Shown: positions 21,701 through 32,218 of the stretch, one piece after another
Layout: every line of letters starts with the position of its first letter
Numbering within the stretch: the stretch's first letter is position 1
Source: a bacterium
GTDB lineage: Bacteria > Electryoneota > JAOADG01
Direction of reading: 5' to 3'
DNA: 64,000 nucleotides
Assembly: GCA_963681965.1 (NCBI GenBank)
Contig: OY820579.1
Coordinates: 2,368,001-2,432,000 of the forward strand
The notes under the pieces: model-generated
Told to the model about the DNA's origin: nothing
The model's input: only the letters and a program-made list of their open reading frames with translations
The model's database searches: none
Translations under genes and position numbers: made by a program

Positions 21701-24700
21701 TACATCGGTGAACAATTCGGCAGTTGGCGATACCGGTGATGGCAATTTCGGTATCTACACCGCACAAATGGCAATCAATCAGGGACTGGTGGCGTATTAT
21801 CAACTGAATGGCGATGTAACTGACAACTCCGGTCAAGGCAACAATCTGACTCCGTCATCCATCACCTACACCACTGACCAAAACGGGATAGCGAGTTACG
21901 CAGCATCATTCAACGGTACTTCCAGCTATGGTCTGAATACTAATCCGAATTTCGTTTTCAGTTACAATTCTCGATTTACCATTTCGTCCTGGGTGAAATT
22001 CAACTCATCAGCGACTTATCAAGCACTAGGTTGTTTTGGAAATAGTGCCACCAATTCATTTTTCGGCGCACTGGAAAAATTCAGTACCAACATTCGCTGG
22101 GCTGTTGGAAAGAGCGGTGTTCTTACCGCAAGTGCGACCTATCCATTCTCGAATATTACACTCGGTAATTGGTATCTCATTACCGGTGTATATGATAATG
22201 GAGTCGTTTCACTATACGTAAATGGTAATCTAGTGAGTTCGACGTCATTTTCACTGACGACTACAGTTCCTACCGCGACTCCAATTGCGATCGGTAGTTA
22301 CTACTACTCCAGCACCAGTACAGTTGCCAATTTCCTCAACGGCTCGTTGGATCAGTATCGAATCTACAATCGTGCACTCTCGTTATCGGAAATCTATACC
22401 CTATTCCGAAATCTGAATGTGAGTCGTCCGAATGGGGGCGAAATTTTTGTCATCGATCAAGCGGATACGGTGAAGTGGGTGCAGACTGGTCTTACCGGTT
22501 CGGTCAACGTCGAATTGAATACGAATTATCCATCGGGTTCATGGACTTCGCTAGGTACTGTGGCGGCATCGACCGGATCTTTAGTCTGGACGCCGCTAAT
22601 GTCACAGGGTTCGGCAGGTCTGGCACGAATTCGCATTACCTCAGTAACATATCCGACAATAGGCGATACTAGCGATGCGAATTTCGGAATCTATACTGCG
22701 CAAACAGCAACCAATCAGGGGTGGATCGGAAATTATCCGATGGATAATACGATGTACGATTATTCACTCTACGGCAATCATCTTTCGTCGACGAACCTGA
22801 GCTATACTACCGACCGCTTCAACCAAACTAATTGCGCCGCGTCGTTCAATGGTACATCGGGTTACAGTCGTCGATCCAATTTCAGTTACGTATTCAATAA
22901 ACCTTCGACATTTACGGTCTCGACTTGGGTCAAATTCAATACGTCGACACCGACTCAAACCATTCTGCATCTTGGAAATGCGACGACCGGATATCTCGAG
23001 CTGGCACTGGATCTATATTCCACTGGAGTATTACGCTGGGCTGCAGCAAATTACAGCGATCAGACAATAAGTGTGCAATCGAATATTACTGCCGGTCAGT
23101 GGAATCATGTCGCTGGTGTATACAATCAAGGTCAACTCACGCTTTACATCAACGGTTATTCCGTCGGCACAACGAGTTATCCCTACAATGCAACAACATC
23201 GACATCCACACCATTGACGATTGGTGCTTACTACTACGGCGGATTTCCGACCAATTTTATGAATGGTGCATTGGATGAAATGCGACTATTCAACCGCGCA
23301 CTAAGCGCAGCAGAAATCAGTTATCTGGCGACTCAAATATATTTGACGAACCACAATGGCGGCGACGTAAACGTGGTCGATCAAGCGAACTATGTCGAAT
23401 GGCGGCAAAGCGGGATCACGGGCAACGTTACAGTTGAACTGAATACGAATTATCCATCGGGCAGTTGGACAGTGCTGGGTTCTGCTGCGGCATCCACCGG
23501 TTATTATATTTGGACACCGTTATCCTCTCAACTTACAACGAATGCTCGAATTCGCATTACTCCGGTTAACTATCCCTCGATGTGCGATACCAGCAATGCA
23601 AATTTCGGAGTGTATACGCTGCAACAGGCACTCCAAACCGGATTACTGGCATATTATCCGTTCTCGGGGAACACCAGCGATGCCAGTGGCAACGGTTTGA
23701 CTGCGATCAACCAGGGTGCGTCATGGACGACCGACCGCAACGGTGTTGCGAACAGTGCCTTCAGTTTCAATGGTTCCTCCAGTTATGTCTATGCCGATGT
23801 CGGATCGGCATTTTCGGTATCGCAAGTTTCGATCTCGGCGTGGATCAAATCCACTGGTCCCGGAACAACCTCGCCTAGAATTGCGGCAGTGGGTCCTTTG
23901 AACAGTACAGCTCAAAACTATGGATTACTGCTGGAGGGAACCGGCAGTCCGAGGCGATTGTGGTTCTACACCAACTCCAGCGTGACCGATGTTTTCAGTG
24001 GGTCGGTATTTACCAATGACAACCTCTGGCATCATGTGGTATCGGTTTACGACGGATCCACAGTATATCTCTATCTCGACGGTTCGATGATTGCTGGTGC
24101 GATTACCACAGGAGCCATACCGACCTTTACGTCGCGCCGATTGCAGATCGGGCGATCAGACTACCCCACCGACGCTTTTCAAGGATCGATCGACGAAGTG
24201 CGGTTCTACAATCGTGCACTCTCCGACGGGGAAATCAACGCGCTGTATTCCAGTATTGCAATATCCCGTCCCAATGGCGGCGAAGTCTTTGTTGTCGGTC
24301 AAGCTGATTCAATCAAGTGGGTAAATAAGGGATTAACCGGTTACGTTTCGGTAGAATTGAACACGAATTATCCATCCGGTAGTTGGACCTCGCTCGGAAC
24401 TGTGCTGGGTACCACTGGATATGTTACGTGGACACCGCAAGTATCGCAGCTTTCAACGAATGCGCGCATTCGCGTCATGTCTACATCGTATCCATCGATT
24501 GGCGATACCAGCGATGCGAATTTTGCTGTGGTCACGCAGAGCTCGATGCGGTTTGATGGTGTCTCTTCCTACATTGACATTCAGAATTTAACTATCTTGA
24601 ATCAGCTTCCATTAACATTGGAAGCATGGGTGAAACCGGAAGATGTGGGATCGAGTATCAACTACGCAAACAATATTTTATCCAATGATGACCGATTGCA

Positions 24701-27700
24701 TTACTCTGTCGGGTTTGGCGTGAACTCCAACTCAAGCCAGTCTTATTTTAATTCGAATTTCCATGATGGCGCTCGTCAATCACAGTTATCATTTCCAGTG
24801 GGACAATGGAAACACGTTGCGATTGTCTACTCATCAGGAAACGTATCTTCGTATGTCAACGGTATTTTGTATGAAACCTACAACTTCACGCAATTGATAC
24901 CAGATGCCCTTACCGAGCTTTTTATCGGTCGGTACAACCCTGGCACAACCGAAAGTGTCACGCTCTTCAAAGGTCAGGTTTCTGATGTCCGTGCTTGGTC
25001 TACGGCTCGAACGGCTCAACAGATTAGAGAGAACTACAATCGGCGTCTAACCGGTATGGAATCGGGATTAGTCGGTTATTGGCCCCTTTCAGGATCTACC
25101 GGAAGTCCAATCTCCGATCTAGCCAGCACTCACAATGGAATTAATTATGGTGCAGTAGTTGTTGGAGATGCTCCACCTCTTTTACCACTTAATTTAACTT
25201 CGCCCAACGGAGGTGAGGTACTCATTGCTGGACAAACGAATGCGATCAACTGGCTGCAAACAGGTCTAACAGGCAATATAACGATACAGAAGTCGTTGAA
25301 TTATTCGACATCCGGTGGATCGACTTGGACAAATATTGCTACTGTTCCAATTAACGATTTGACGCATACTTGGACACCGGCAATCTCCGATACAAGCCGC
25401 ACTGCTCGCATACGCATTACCTCGGTAACCAATCCGACTATGGGGGATACCAGCGAAGCGAATTTCGGGATTTATTCAGTACAACAAGCGGTGCAGCAGG
25501 GATTGGTTGCATACTATCCGTTGAATGGGAATGCGACCGATGCCAGCGGGAACGGGCATACGGGAACGGTGAATGGCGCAACACCTTCCAATGATCGATA
25601 CGGCACTTCGCAAAAAGCGTATTCATTTAATGGAAGTAGCAATGACATCGATTTGGGCAATCTCGGTGCTATTGATAATTATTCGGTAAGTATGTGGTTC
25701 AAGAAAGGAATAGCGAATAACTACATTCCCGGAGGCGTTGCAGGTTCCGGAAGCGAAGCTCATTTGTTTGGAACTCAAAGTACAGTTCTCAATAACTATT
25801 ATAAGTTTGGATTTCATGAGAGCTATCGGGATCGACTCTATTTTGCATTATCACCCACTTTCGGTAATGTGGTGGCATGTTATTCAAACACTTCGATAAC
25901 TGATGCCAATTGGCATCACTTGGTTGTTGTTCGAAATGGTTCAGTGTTGACGCCGTATCTCGATGGTTCGGTAATGACTTTAACTACACTGGGTTGGTCA
26001 AGCGGAGATGTGAGTGGAACTGTCGCAACCGGAACTGTGACAAAACTAGGAACTATTGGTGGAGCAACTGATGCAAAATTTAATGGTTCCATCGACGAAA
26101 CCCGGATTTATTCACGCGCACTTACATTAACCGAGATTTCGGCATTGTATCAGGGCATCGGCATTTCCCGCCCGAATGGCGGCGATGTGTTCGTTGTTGG
26201 ACAAACCGATTCAGTCAAATGGGGACAATCGGGAATTACCGGTAATGTGAATGTCGAATTGAACACGAACTATCCAACCGGCAGTTGGACATCGCTCGGA
26301 ACGGTTGCCGCATCGACCGGATATATAACGTGGACGCCGCTACCGGCGCAACTTTCATCGACGGCACGGATTCGCATTACTTCGGTGACGTATCCGACGA
26401 TTGGCGATACCAGCGATGGGAATTTTGGCATCTATAACGTACAGCAGGCGGTGCAACAAGGCATACTCGCATATTATCCACTGAATGGGAATGCGAACGA
26501 TGCCAGTGGAAATGGGCACCACGGGACTCCAGGTGGTGATTTAACCTCATCCGCGAATAGCTACGGAACTTCAAACTCGGCTATGCACTTTGATGGAAGT
26601 AGTGCAAACATTACTGTTTCTTCTACTACAGGGTTAGATGCAACAAACATTACAGTAAGCGCTTGGGTAAAGCTCGATCAATATACTGGAGATAATGAAA
26701 CAGTTGTCGCTAGATGGCATGGTGGTGCAGAAGTGTTTGCTCTAGAAATTGACCCTACGAATCACCCACAACTAGTGACGAATATTAATAGTACACATAT
26801 TTTAGCCACATCATCGTCTACACTCCCATTAGGTACTTGGGCTCATTTGTGTGGAACATATAATGGGCAAATGGTATCACTTTATGTTAACGGGGTGTTA
26901 CTTTGTTCATCTCCATTTTCTGGAGCATTCGCTCCATCTACATCTCCCCTGATGATTGGATCGCAATACGCTGCTTTGGATAGGAACTGGACGAACGGTT
27001 CGATCGATGAAGTGCGGTTTTACAATCGCGCTTTGAGCGCTTCGGAAATTCAGAATCTCTACATCGGAATGGGCATTTCCCGACCCAACGGTGGAGAGAC
27101 ATTTACAATTGGAATACCCGATACGTTAAAGTGGGGAAGTACCGGAATCACCGGGAATGTCCGAATTGAACTAAATCGCAATTATCCGTCGAGCACGTGG
27201 GATACTTTGTTTGCCAGCACTCCTAACGATGGCAGCGAGCTTTGGCAACCATCCGGAACAGTGTCATCAACCGCACGGATTCGAGTGACGTCGATTGCCA
27301 ATCCCACGGTTGCCGATACCAGCGATGCGAATTTCACCATCGTACTCCCACCGTTGGTTGTAACTAGACCCAATGGCGGTGAGATTTTTGCGATCGGTAT
27401 TCCCGACACAATCCGGTGGACACAATCCGGTATCGTCGGAAACGTCTCGATCAAGCTTAACACCGCATACCCGGGTGGTTCCTGGACGACACTCGCCACA
27501 GTCGCAGCGTCTCAACTATATTACGTTTGGACACCGACCGCACCGGTATCTTCGAATGCACTGGTTGCCATTACCTCAGTGAATAATAGTGGAGTAACCG
27601 ATTCATCCAATACAATATTCTCAATCGTCCAGCCCAGTTTGACCGTTTCGCGACCGAACAATCTCGATACGATCTATATCGGGAATATGGATACGATTCG

Positions 27701-30095
27701 CTGGACCGCCAATTATTTGCCCGGAACCTTGACAGTGAAGATGAATCGCAACTATCCCGGCGGTATTTGGCAGACACTATCGACGACTGTACCTGCTTCG
27801 CAAGGATGGTTGGATTGGTATGTCGCCGAGCCGACCGCCAACAATGTCCGGGTCTCCATTCTTTCCAACTCTTATAGCAGTTATCGCGATACTTCGGACG
27901 CCAACTCACCGATTGTGTATCCGTCGTTGCGCATCACTCGTCCGGTACTGGGTGACACGATGCTGGTGAACCATCTGGAAACGATTCATTGGAATGCGGG
28001 ACATCTACCCGGAAATGTCACAGTTAAGTATAATCTGAATTATCCTTCCGGGGCGTGGGGAACGGTCGTAACCAATTATCCGGCGTCAACGGGAGAAGTA
28101 AACTGGTCGACTAACAACCTCAGTTTGACCAACAATTTTCGGATTGCCATTACATCCGAATCGTTCCCGAATATCGCCGATACATCTTCGGTGAATTTGG
28201 TGCTGGCGACGCCGTTTGTAAGTATTCTTCATCCGAATGGCGGGGAACAATTGCAGGTTGGTGTCCCTGATACTATTCGCTGGGCAACAAATATCAATAG
28301 TACTTTCATTCTCTTGATGTCACGGCACGGCGATAATCCGGAGTATTTCGACATCTTGCCCGGAAGTGACAGCATTCCCTCGACGCAAAATATGTTTATT
28401 TGGACACCGACAGAGCCACTATCCGATTCGGTTCGGTTCTATATTACCGATTATGCCGAACCATTCGACGATTACTCCGATGCGGATTGCCGCATTATCA
28501 ACGGCAGTCTCGCGTTAACTCGTCCCAATGGCGGTGAAACGTTCTTTGCCGGTGAAGTCGACAGTGTGAAATGGACAAGTAGCTCGCTACGCGGAACAGT
28601 GAAAATTCAGATCAATCGGAATTATCCGACTGGAACTTGGACGACACTCGATTCGCTAACTAACATTACCCAAGGGTACTGGCGGTGGAACCCGGTATCG
28701 CTCCCGGTTACCGGTGTAGCGCGAATCCGCGTGGTATCCAATAGTAACAGCTATTTTGCCGATACGTCGAATGCCGCATTCTCCATTGCAGCGCGATCGA
28801 TCAGTGTGGTTCGCCCCGATGGTGGTGAATCCTGCTATCTCAACACGGTTGATACGATTCGATACACGACTCAAAATTTACCGAATGGTGTTCGGATCGA
28901 ATTGAATCGCAACTACCCCTCTACGACTTGGGAAGTATTGACCGATTCCGCTTCCAGCGTCACTGGATATTGGCTGTGGAATGTGTCCGGAGCGGCATCA
29001 GCGACTGCCCGAATTCGCTGTACCGGTCGCGGGTACACCGGTTACGCCGATACTTCGAATGCGAATTTCACCATTCGACCGTATCCGATGAGTATGAATT
29101 TCAGTTCGATTAATTTCTCGAGCGTTCACGTCCGAACCGCCGATTCCGTGCAACTGAAAGTCTGGAATACCGGAAATCAGGCATTCCGCTTTACCACCTT
29201 AACTGGTGCGACGAGTGGGATGTACAGTCGTCGAATAATGGATACGGATTCATCCACAAATACCAACGACACACTTCGGATTTGGGTGAAGTTTACTCCG
29301 GATTCGGTATTGACATATCGCGATACGTTGAAATTTACCTTTGCCAGTCCGTTCGATCCGATCACCATTCCGGTTGCGGGATTAGGCACAGGTTACTACG
29401 TAACGCTGTCAAGAAGCTCCTATAATTTTGCACTACCGATCGAACCGACATTGCATGATTCCATTTCGGTTATTGTTCGCGTTGCGGGAAATCGACCGCT
29501 GCTTGGTGGACAGTGGATCACATTACCGTCGACTGCGCCGTTCTCGACGACATCGCAGTTGATGCCGACGGTCAACGCCGGTGATTCCAGTACAGTCTGG
29601 GTAAAATTCAATCCTGTGACAACTGGATCATTTGCAGCGCAAGTTGCGTTGCTGGATTCCGCGATCAATGAGGATACGATTCGGATATCGGTGAGTGGTA
29701 CGTCGAGTTTCGTTCCGGCAGCTCCCCGATTGACGGTGTCGCTATCCGGTTACGATGCGCGATTGAATTGGACCCGTGTCGATTCATCGGTCGGTCATGT
29801 TCATCTGGATACGACGCTTCAACGCTGGTATATCGTTTATTTCAGCGCGCGGAACGATACGGTGAATGCGAATCGGTGGTATTTCCTCGGTGCTACCTAT
29901 GACAAGGATAGTGTCGCTTTCATTCATCGCGATGTAGCGCGGTTCTCGCCGTTGATGTTTTACCGGGTTACGACGTGGATATATGCACCATCGCAGTCGG
30001 CATCGATTGTCCGGGTATTGGAATCGATGCCGGTAGGTACACCGGAAGCGGTTATGAAACGGTATTTAAGCGAAGCGATCGATCAACAGCAATAA
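18768..30095 (+). CDS. Giant secreted/surface protein: 8 LamG (concanavalin-like) domains alternating with about 15 RPNGGE...DTSDANF Ig-like modules, plus ASH/choice-of-anchor-D-like Ig domains
   Basis: Signal peptide; repeated AYYPLNGN..D.SG, W.H....YD...LY.NG, F.GSIDEVR.YNRALS; GGAGG RBS. Confidence 0.9.
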   Translation: MYRLITVLLFLAFIAGVALSNPVYMGLNTFDVNGEIIYEIMYNGSPVPSGNLVQVIRPNGTLHPPVTTADNLGAPSGGDIVSSIFAMGDGASDQAGVFATILYGQSATPTDTRTPTSLNVGSQFYIRVWADVVAAAELPFTGGTHYADGGPYTVPATDSDLWDIQVNPTSAIPTWSTCGVAPAVISVREVSGGVIVDPLNFGSTLINTSINHTIRISNNGGSTLYLAGASTTGDYSNGTVTSSIAAGGYSDVTLTFTPTVSGTRTGTFSFSHNAAGSPYSLNLTGAGNNPTLTLTRPRGSEVYVIGQVDTIKWSQSDLTGNVSVELNTNYPSGIWTSLGTVAASTGYVTWTPLVSQTSAGSARIRVTSINIPAVCDTSDANFGIYTVPTALNLGVVSYYPFNGSVADNSGFSNNLTPLYMSYTTDRFDRASSAASFNGSTTRTWNVNPSFVVNRSSSFTVSTWVKFNTTTPTQTIMLLGPATTGYMDLILDLNSTGTLRWAATNNVDPAISVQSGIAAGLWNHVAAVYDQGKLTLYINGTSVGTINYTYTASTATASPMTIGAYYSGTASNHLNGVLDEMRMYNRALTPSEIGGLSAQILVTKPNGSNVNVVGQPDSVKWSQLGVTGNVYIELNTNYPSGSWTSLGTAAASTGYLLWTPQSSQASTTARFRVTSVNNSSISDTSDANFNIYTLQQALTQGLVAYYPLNGNALDYSGNGYTGVASYTSNTTDRYGSSVGAFAFDGASSYVDVPNSNAISFQSLTVSAWVNRIGSSTIITKDRVGPSGDYTFVFEVSSTGAVSMTVRLSTGTSLTLNSVSNISTNTWYHLVSTYDGTSIKLYINGTLNTSVSTGNGLSEATTRSFSIGSIKYTTASHSNFFNGSIDEVRAYNRVLSAAEITALYQGVGVSRPNGGDVFVVGQQDSIKWGQTGVTGNVNIELNTNYPSGSWTSLGTAAASTGYMTWTPQLSQISTTARIRVTSVNNSAVGDTGDGNFGIYTAQMAINQGLVAYYQLNGDVTDNSGQGNNLTPSSITYTTDQNGIASYAASFNGTSSYGLNTNPNFVFSYNSRFTISSWVKFNSSATYQALGCFGNSATNSFFGALEKFSTNIRWAVGKSGVLTASATYPFSNITLGNWYLITGVYDNGVVSLYVNGNLVSSTSFSLTTTVPTATPIAIGSYYYSSTSTVANFLNGSLDQYRIYNRALSLSEIYTLFRNLNVSRPNGGEIFVIDQADTVKWVQTGLTGSVNVELNTNYPSGSWTSLGTVAASTGSLVWTPLMSQGSAGLARIRITSVTYPTIGDTSDANFGIYTAQTATNQGWIGNYPMDNTMYDYSLYGNHLSSTNLSYTTDRFNQTNCAASFNGTSGYSRRSNFSYVFNKPSTFTVSTWVKFNTSTPTQTILHLGNATTGYLELALDLYSTGVLRWAAANYSDQTISVQSNITAGQWNHVAGVYNQGQLTLYINGYSVGTTSYPYNATTSTSTPLTIGAYYYGGFPTNFMNGALDEMRLFNRALSAAEISYLATQIYLTNHNGGDVNVVDQANYVEWRQSGITGNVTVELNTNYPSGSWTVLGSAAASTGYYIWTPLSSQLTTNARIRITPVNYPSMCDTSNANFGVYTLQQALQTGLLAYYPFSGNTSDASGNGLTAINQGASWTTDRNGVANSAFSFNGSSSYVYADVGSAFSVSQVSISAWIKSTGPGTTSPRIAAVGPLNSTAQNYGLLLEGTGSPRRLWFYTNSSVTDVFSGSVFTNDNLWHHVVSVYDGSTVYLYLDGSMIAGAITTGAIPTFTSRRLQIGRSDYPTDAFQGSIDEVRFYNRALSDGEINALYSSIAISRPNGGEVFVVGQADSIKWVNKGLTGYVSVELNTNYPSGSWTSLGTVLGTTGYVTWTPQVSQLSTNARIRVMSTSYPSIGDTSDANFAVVTQSSMRFDGVSSYIDIQNLTILNQLPLTLEAWVKPEDVGSSINYANNILSNDDRLHYSVGFGVNSNSSQSYFNSNFHDGARQSQLSFPVGQWKHVAIVYSSGNVSSYVNGILYETYNFTQLIPDALTELFIGRYNPGTTESVTLFKGQVSDVRAWSTARTAQQIRENYNRRLTGMESGLVGYWPLSGSTGSPISDLASTHNGINYGAVVVGDAPPLLPLNLTSPNGGEVLIAGQTNAINWLQTGLTGNITIQKSLNYSTSGGSTWTNIATVPINDLTHTWTPAISDTSRTARIRITSVTNPTMGDTSEANFGIYSVQQAVQQGLVAYYPLNGNATDASGNGHTGTVNGATPSNDRYGTSQKAYSFNGSSNDIDLGNLGAIDNYSVSMWFKKGIANNYIPGGVAGSGSEAHLFGTQSTVLNNYYKFGFHESYRDRLYFALSPTFGNVVACYSNTSITDANWHHLVVVRNGSVLTPYLDGSVMTLTTLGWSSGDVSGTVATGTVTKLGTIGGATDAKFNGSIDETRIYSRALTLTEISALYQGIGISRPNGGDVFVVGQTDSVKWGQSGITGNVNVELNTNYPTGSWTSLGTVAASTGYITWTPLPAQLSSTARIRITSVTYPTIGDTSDGNFGIYNVQQAVQQGILAYYPLNGNANDASGNGHHGTPGGDLTSSANSYGTSNSAMHFDGSSANITVSSTTGLDATNITVSAWVKLDQYTGDNETVVARWHGGAEVFALEIDPTNHPQLVTNINSTHILATSSSTLPLGTWAHLCGTYNGQMVSLYVNGVLLCSSPFSGAFAPSTSPLMIGSQYAALDRNWTNGSIDEVRFYNRALSASEIQNLYIGMGISRPNGGETFTIGIPDTLKWGSTGITGNVRIELNRNYPSSTWDTLFASTPNDGSELWQPSGTVSSTARIRVTSIANPTVADTSDANFTIVLPPLVVTRPNGGEIFAIGIPDTIRWTQSGIVGNVSIKLNTAYPGGSWTTLATVAASQLYYVWTPTAPVSSNALVAITSVNNSGVTDSSNTIFSIVQPSLTVSRPNNLDTIYIGNMDTIRWTANYLPGTLTVKMNRNYPGGIWQTLSTTVPASQGWLDWYVAEPTANNVRVSILSNSYSSYRDTSDANSPIVYPSLRITRPVLGDTMLVNHLETIHWNAGHLPGNVTVKYNLNYPSGAWGTVVTNYPASTGEVNWSTNNLSLTNNFRIAITSESFPNIADTSSVNLVLATPFVSILHPNGGEQLQVGVPDTIRWATNINSTFILLMSRHGDNPEYFDILPGSDSIPSTQNMFIWTPTEPLSDSVRFYITDYAEPFDDYSDADCRIINGSLALTRPNGGETFFAGEVDSVKWTSSSLRGTVKIQINRNYPTGTWTTLDSLTNITQGYWRWNPVSLPVTGVARIRVVSNSNSYFADTSNAAFSIAARSISVVRPDGGESCYLNTVDTIRYTTQNLPNGVRIELNRNYPSTTWEVLTDSASSVTGYWLWNVSGAASATARIRCTGRGYTGYADTSNANFTIRPYPMSMNFSSINFSSVHVRTADSVQLKVWNTGNQAFRFTTLTGATSGMYSRRIMDTDSSTNTNDTLRIWVKFTPDSVLTYRDTLKFTFASPFDPITIPVAGLGTGYYVTLSRSSYNFALPIEPTLHDSISVIVRVAGNRPLLGGQWITLPSTAPFSTTSQLMPTVNAGDSSTVWVKFNPVTTGSFAAQVALLDSAINEDTIRISVSGTSSFVPAAPRLTVSLSGYDARLNWTRVDSSVGHVHLDTTLQRWYIVYFSARNDTVNANRWYFLGATYDKDSVAFIHRDVARFSPLMFYRVTTWIYAPSQSASIVRVLESMPVGTPEAVMKRYLSEAIDQQQ

Positions 30096-30111
30096 TTTAT
30101 TAACTTCTGTT

Positions 30112-30145
30112 AACCGCCCTGCAGCGATGTGGGGCGGTTTTTTTT
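30112..30145 (+). terminator. Intrinsic terminator of the LamG gene
   Basis: AACCGCCCTGCA-GCGA-TGTGGGGCGGTT followed by a T-run. Confidence 0.85.
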
Positions 30146-30201
30146 ATAGCTCGAAATTATACTATCGAGTCTGTTGCAATAATTTTTATCGCGAGAGCGA
30201 G

Positions 30202-30233
30202 AAAAAAAGTGGCGAGGTTCATCCCCGCCACTA
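30202..30233 (-). terminator. Intrinsic terminator of the TonB-dependent receptor gene
   Basis: AGTGGCG...CGCCACT hairpin preceded by A7. Confidence 0.75.
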
Positions 30234-30256
30234 TTGATAAAGAACTGATAAGCTGG

Positions 30257-32218
30257 TTAGAATTGGAAATGAATACCTGCGATCAGACTGGGATCGTTCG
30301 GTCCATTCTGTAGTTCGCCAATCTTTTTCCGGATGAACTCCGGTGCGTAATTCTTCTGACCGAGCAAATTAAAGCCGTCAACGGACAGATTTATATTGGA
30401 ATTCAACGTGTACCGGAATCCGGCATTCAGGTCGAAAACCGCCTTCACAGTGAATTCGTTTGTTCCAGTCGAGGAACTAACCAAATTCGTACACTCACCC
30501 GTATAGATTCCGGTAATCGACCAATCGGTATCCTTCCACTTGTGGTTCACTCCCAGCGATGCGGTGAGTGCGGGAATGTATTTGATGGGATCGCCACCTT
30601 TCACTTTCCCGTAGGTGTAAGCGGGATTAAAAAACAGCTCGGTATTGGAACTGACAATCGCTTTGCATTCGGCTTCGGCACCGTAATAAACGAGATTGTC
30701 GGGTGAATTCGCGTAGCGGGTTTTGGTCGTTAGATAAGGAATGCGGATAATTTGATCGCTGCACTCCAAATAATATCCATCGATCCCGATTCGAAACCGT
30801 TTATCGATCGTGGTGGTCAGCGCCAAGTCGATCGTATTTACCTTTTCCTGTTTCAGATCCGGGTCGCCAACAGTTGTGGGTAATCCGACATATCGTTCAA
30901 ATAGTGTTGGCGATCTGAATGCCTGACCATACAATAGTTTCATGGTGGTAGTGGACGACATCGAATAGACCAATCCGGCACGCGGTGTTACAAACGGTGT
31001 GTAGTCTTTGTTGTAATTATACCGGACTCCGATCAAAGCGTTTAATTCTTTGGTAAACCGATATGTGCCTTGAACATACGCCGAAAGATCGGTATTGTCG
31101 ACAATGGGTACACCTTTACTGATGATCGTATCGGCTCCCCGGTCGATAATGTTGTAACCAAGACTTTGGGCAAATTCGCAAATTGCTCCGTAGATAATCG
31201 AAACATCGTTCGAAGGGGTATAGTTGAATTGTACTTCAGCGTCATTTCGATATCCGGTCGATTGATAATTTGTCCAACCACCGTTCAGACGGGTATAGAA
31301 ATTACGATCGATATGATTGAATGATGTACGCAGATTCATCACGGTTTTCGACGAGATAGCATGTTCATACGAAGCGGCAGTGAACAATCCGATATGATGA
31401 CTCTCTCTATTCTCTGCCATTCCCCAAACGCGTGGTGTCTCGCCGATTTTGGTGGAAACCATATCCATATAGGCGACGATTAAATTGAACTTCCCGCTAT
31501 TCCACTGGACGACTGCATTCTGATAATTGTTCTTATCGTCGAAGGTATAACTGTTTCCCGCTTCGTCTTTTTCGAGGTTGTACGGATAACCTTTCTCACT
31601 GCGATTTCCCAGTGTCAAATCGACATTTGCTTCGGGTGTCATGACTTCACCGCGTAAGAACGATTCGCAGAGTTGAAAACTCCCGCCTTTCATATCGGCG
31701 CTGGCTTTATTGCCTTCCGATTTTTTTAGAATGATGTTTATCACACCGCCGAAAGCATTGGTTCCGTAAAGCGTAGATCCCGGTCCGCGGACGACTTCAA
31801 TTCGTTCGATTGCCGCGATCGGTATCATGTTTAAGTAATAGGAACCATTTACTGCATCCCAGAATGGATTTCCGTTGATCATAAGCAGCGACTTGTCATT
31901 GTATAAAGTAGAATAAATTCCCCGGAAAAATGGTTGACGGAAGCCCCAGTATGTCTCCATGACTTTTACACCGGGGATATAATTCAGTGCGTCTTCGATC
32001 GACCGATAACCGTATTTAACAAAGTCGTCGGCAGTGATGACAGTGATGATGCCGGGCGATTCGTCGATTGAGAGTGCCGTCTTGGATGATGTGGTTACTT
32101 TCATATTCATCAAATCGTCGAGTGATTTATCCCAGAGATCCTCGGCAATAGCAATCGTGCTAATTGACAGTAATAAGCTTAACAAGGATACAAAAGTGTG
32201 AGATTGTTTCTGACACAT
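30257..32218 (-). CDS. TonB-dependent receptor
   Basis: SLDDLMNMKVTTSSK; plug IERIEVVRGPGSTLYGTNAFGGVINII; AFRSPT; C-terminal F; ATG at 32218 follows AGGGGG. Confidence 0.92.
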   Translation of the reverse strand: MCQKQSHTFVSLLSLLLSISTIAIAEDLWDKSLDDLMNMKVTTSSKTALSIDESPGIITVITADDFVKYGYRSIEDALNYIPGVKVMETYWGFRQPFFRGIYSTLYNDKSLLMINGNPFWDAVNGSYYLNMIPIAAIERIEVVRGPGSTLYGTNAFGGVINIILKKSEGNKASADMKGGSFQLCESFLRGEVMTPEANVDLTLGNRSEKGYPYNLEKDEAGNSYTFDDKNNYQNAVVQWNSGKFNLIVAYMDMVSTKIGETPRVWGMAENRESHHIGLFTAASYEHAISSKTVMNLRTSFNHIDRNFYTRLNGGWTNYQSTGYRNDAEVQFNYTPSNDVSIIYGAICEFAQSLGYNIIDRGADTIISKGVPIVDNTDLSAYVQGTYRFTKELNALIGVRYNYNKDYTPFVTPRAGLVYSMSSTTTMKLLYGQAFRSPTLFERYVGLPTTVGDPDLKQEKVNTIDLALTTTIDKRFRIGIDGYYLECSDQIIRIPYLTTKTRYANSPDNLVYYGAEAECKAIVSSNTELFFNPAYTYGKVKGGDPIKYIPALTASLGVNHKWKDTDWSITGIYTGECTNLVSSSTGTNEFTVKAVFDLNAGFRYTLNSNINLSVDGFNLLGQKNYAPEFIRKKIGELQNGPNDPSLIAGIHFQF

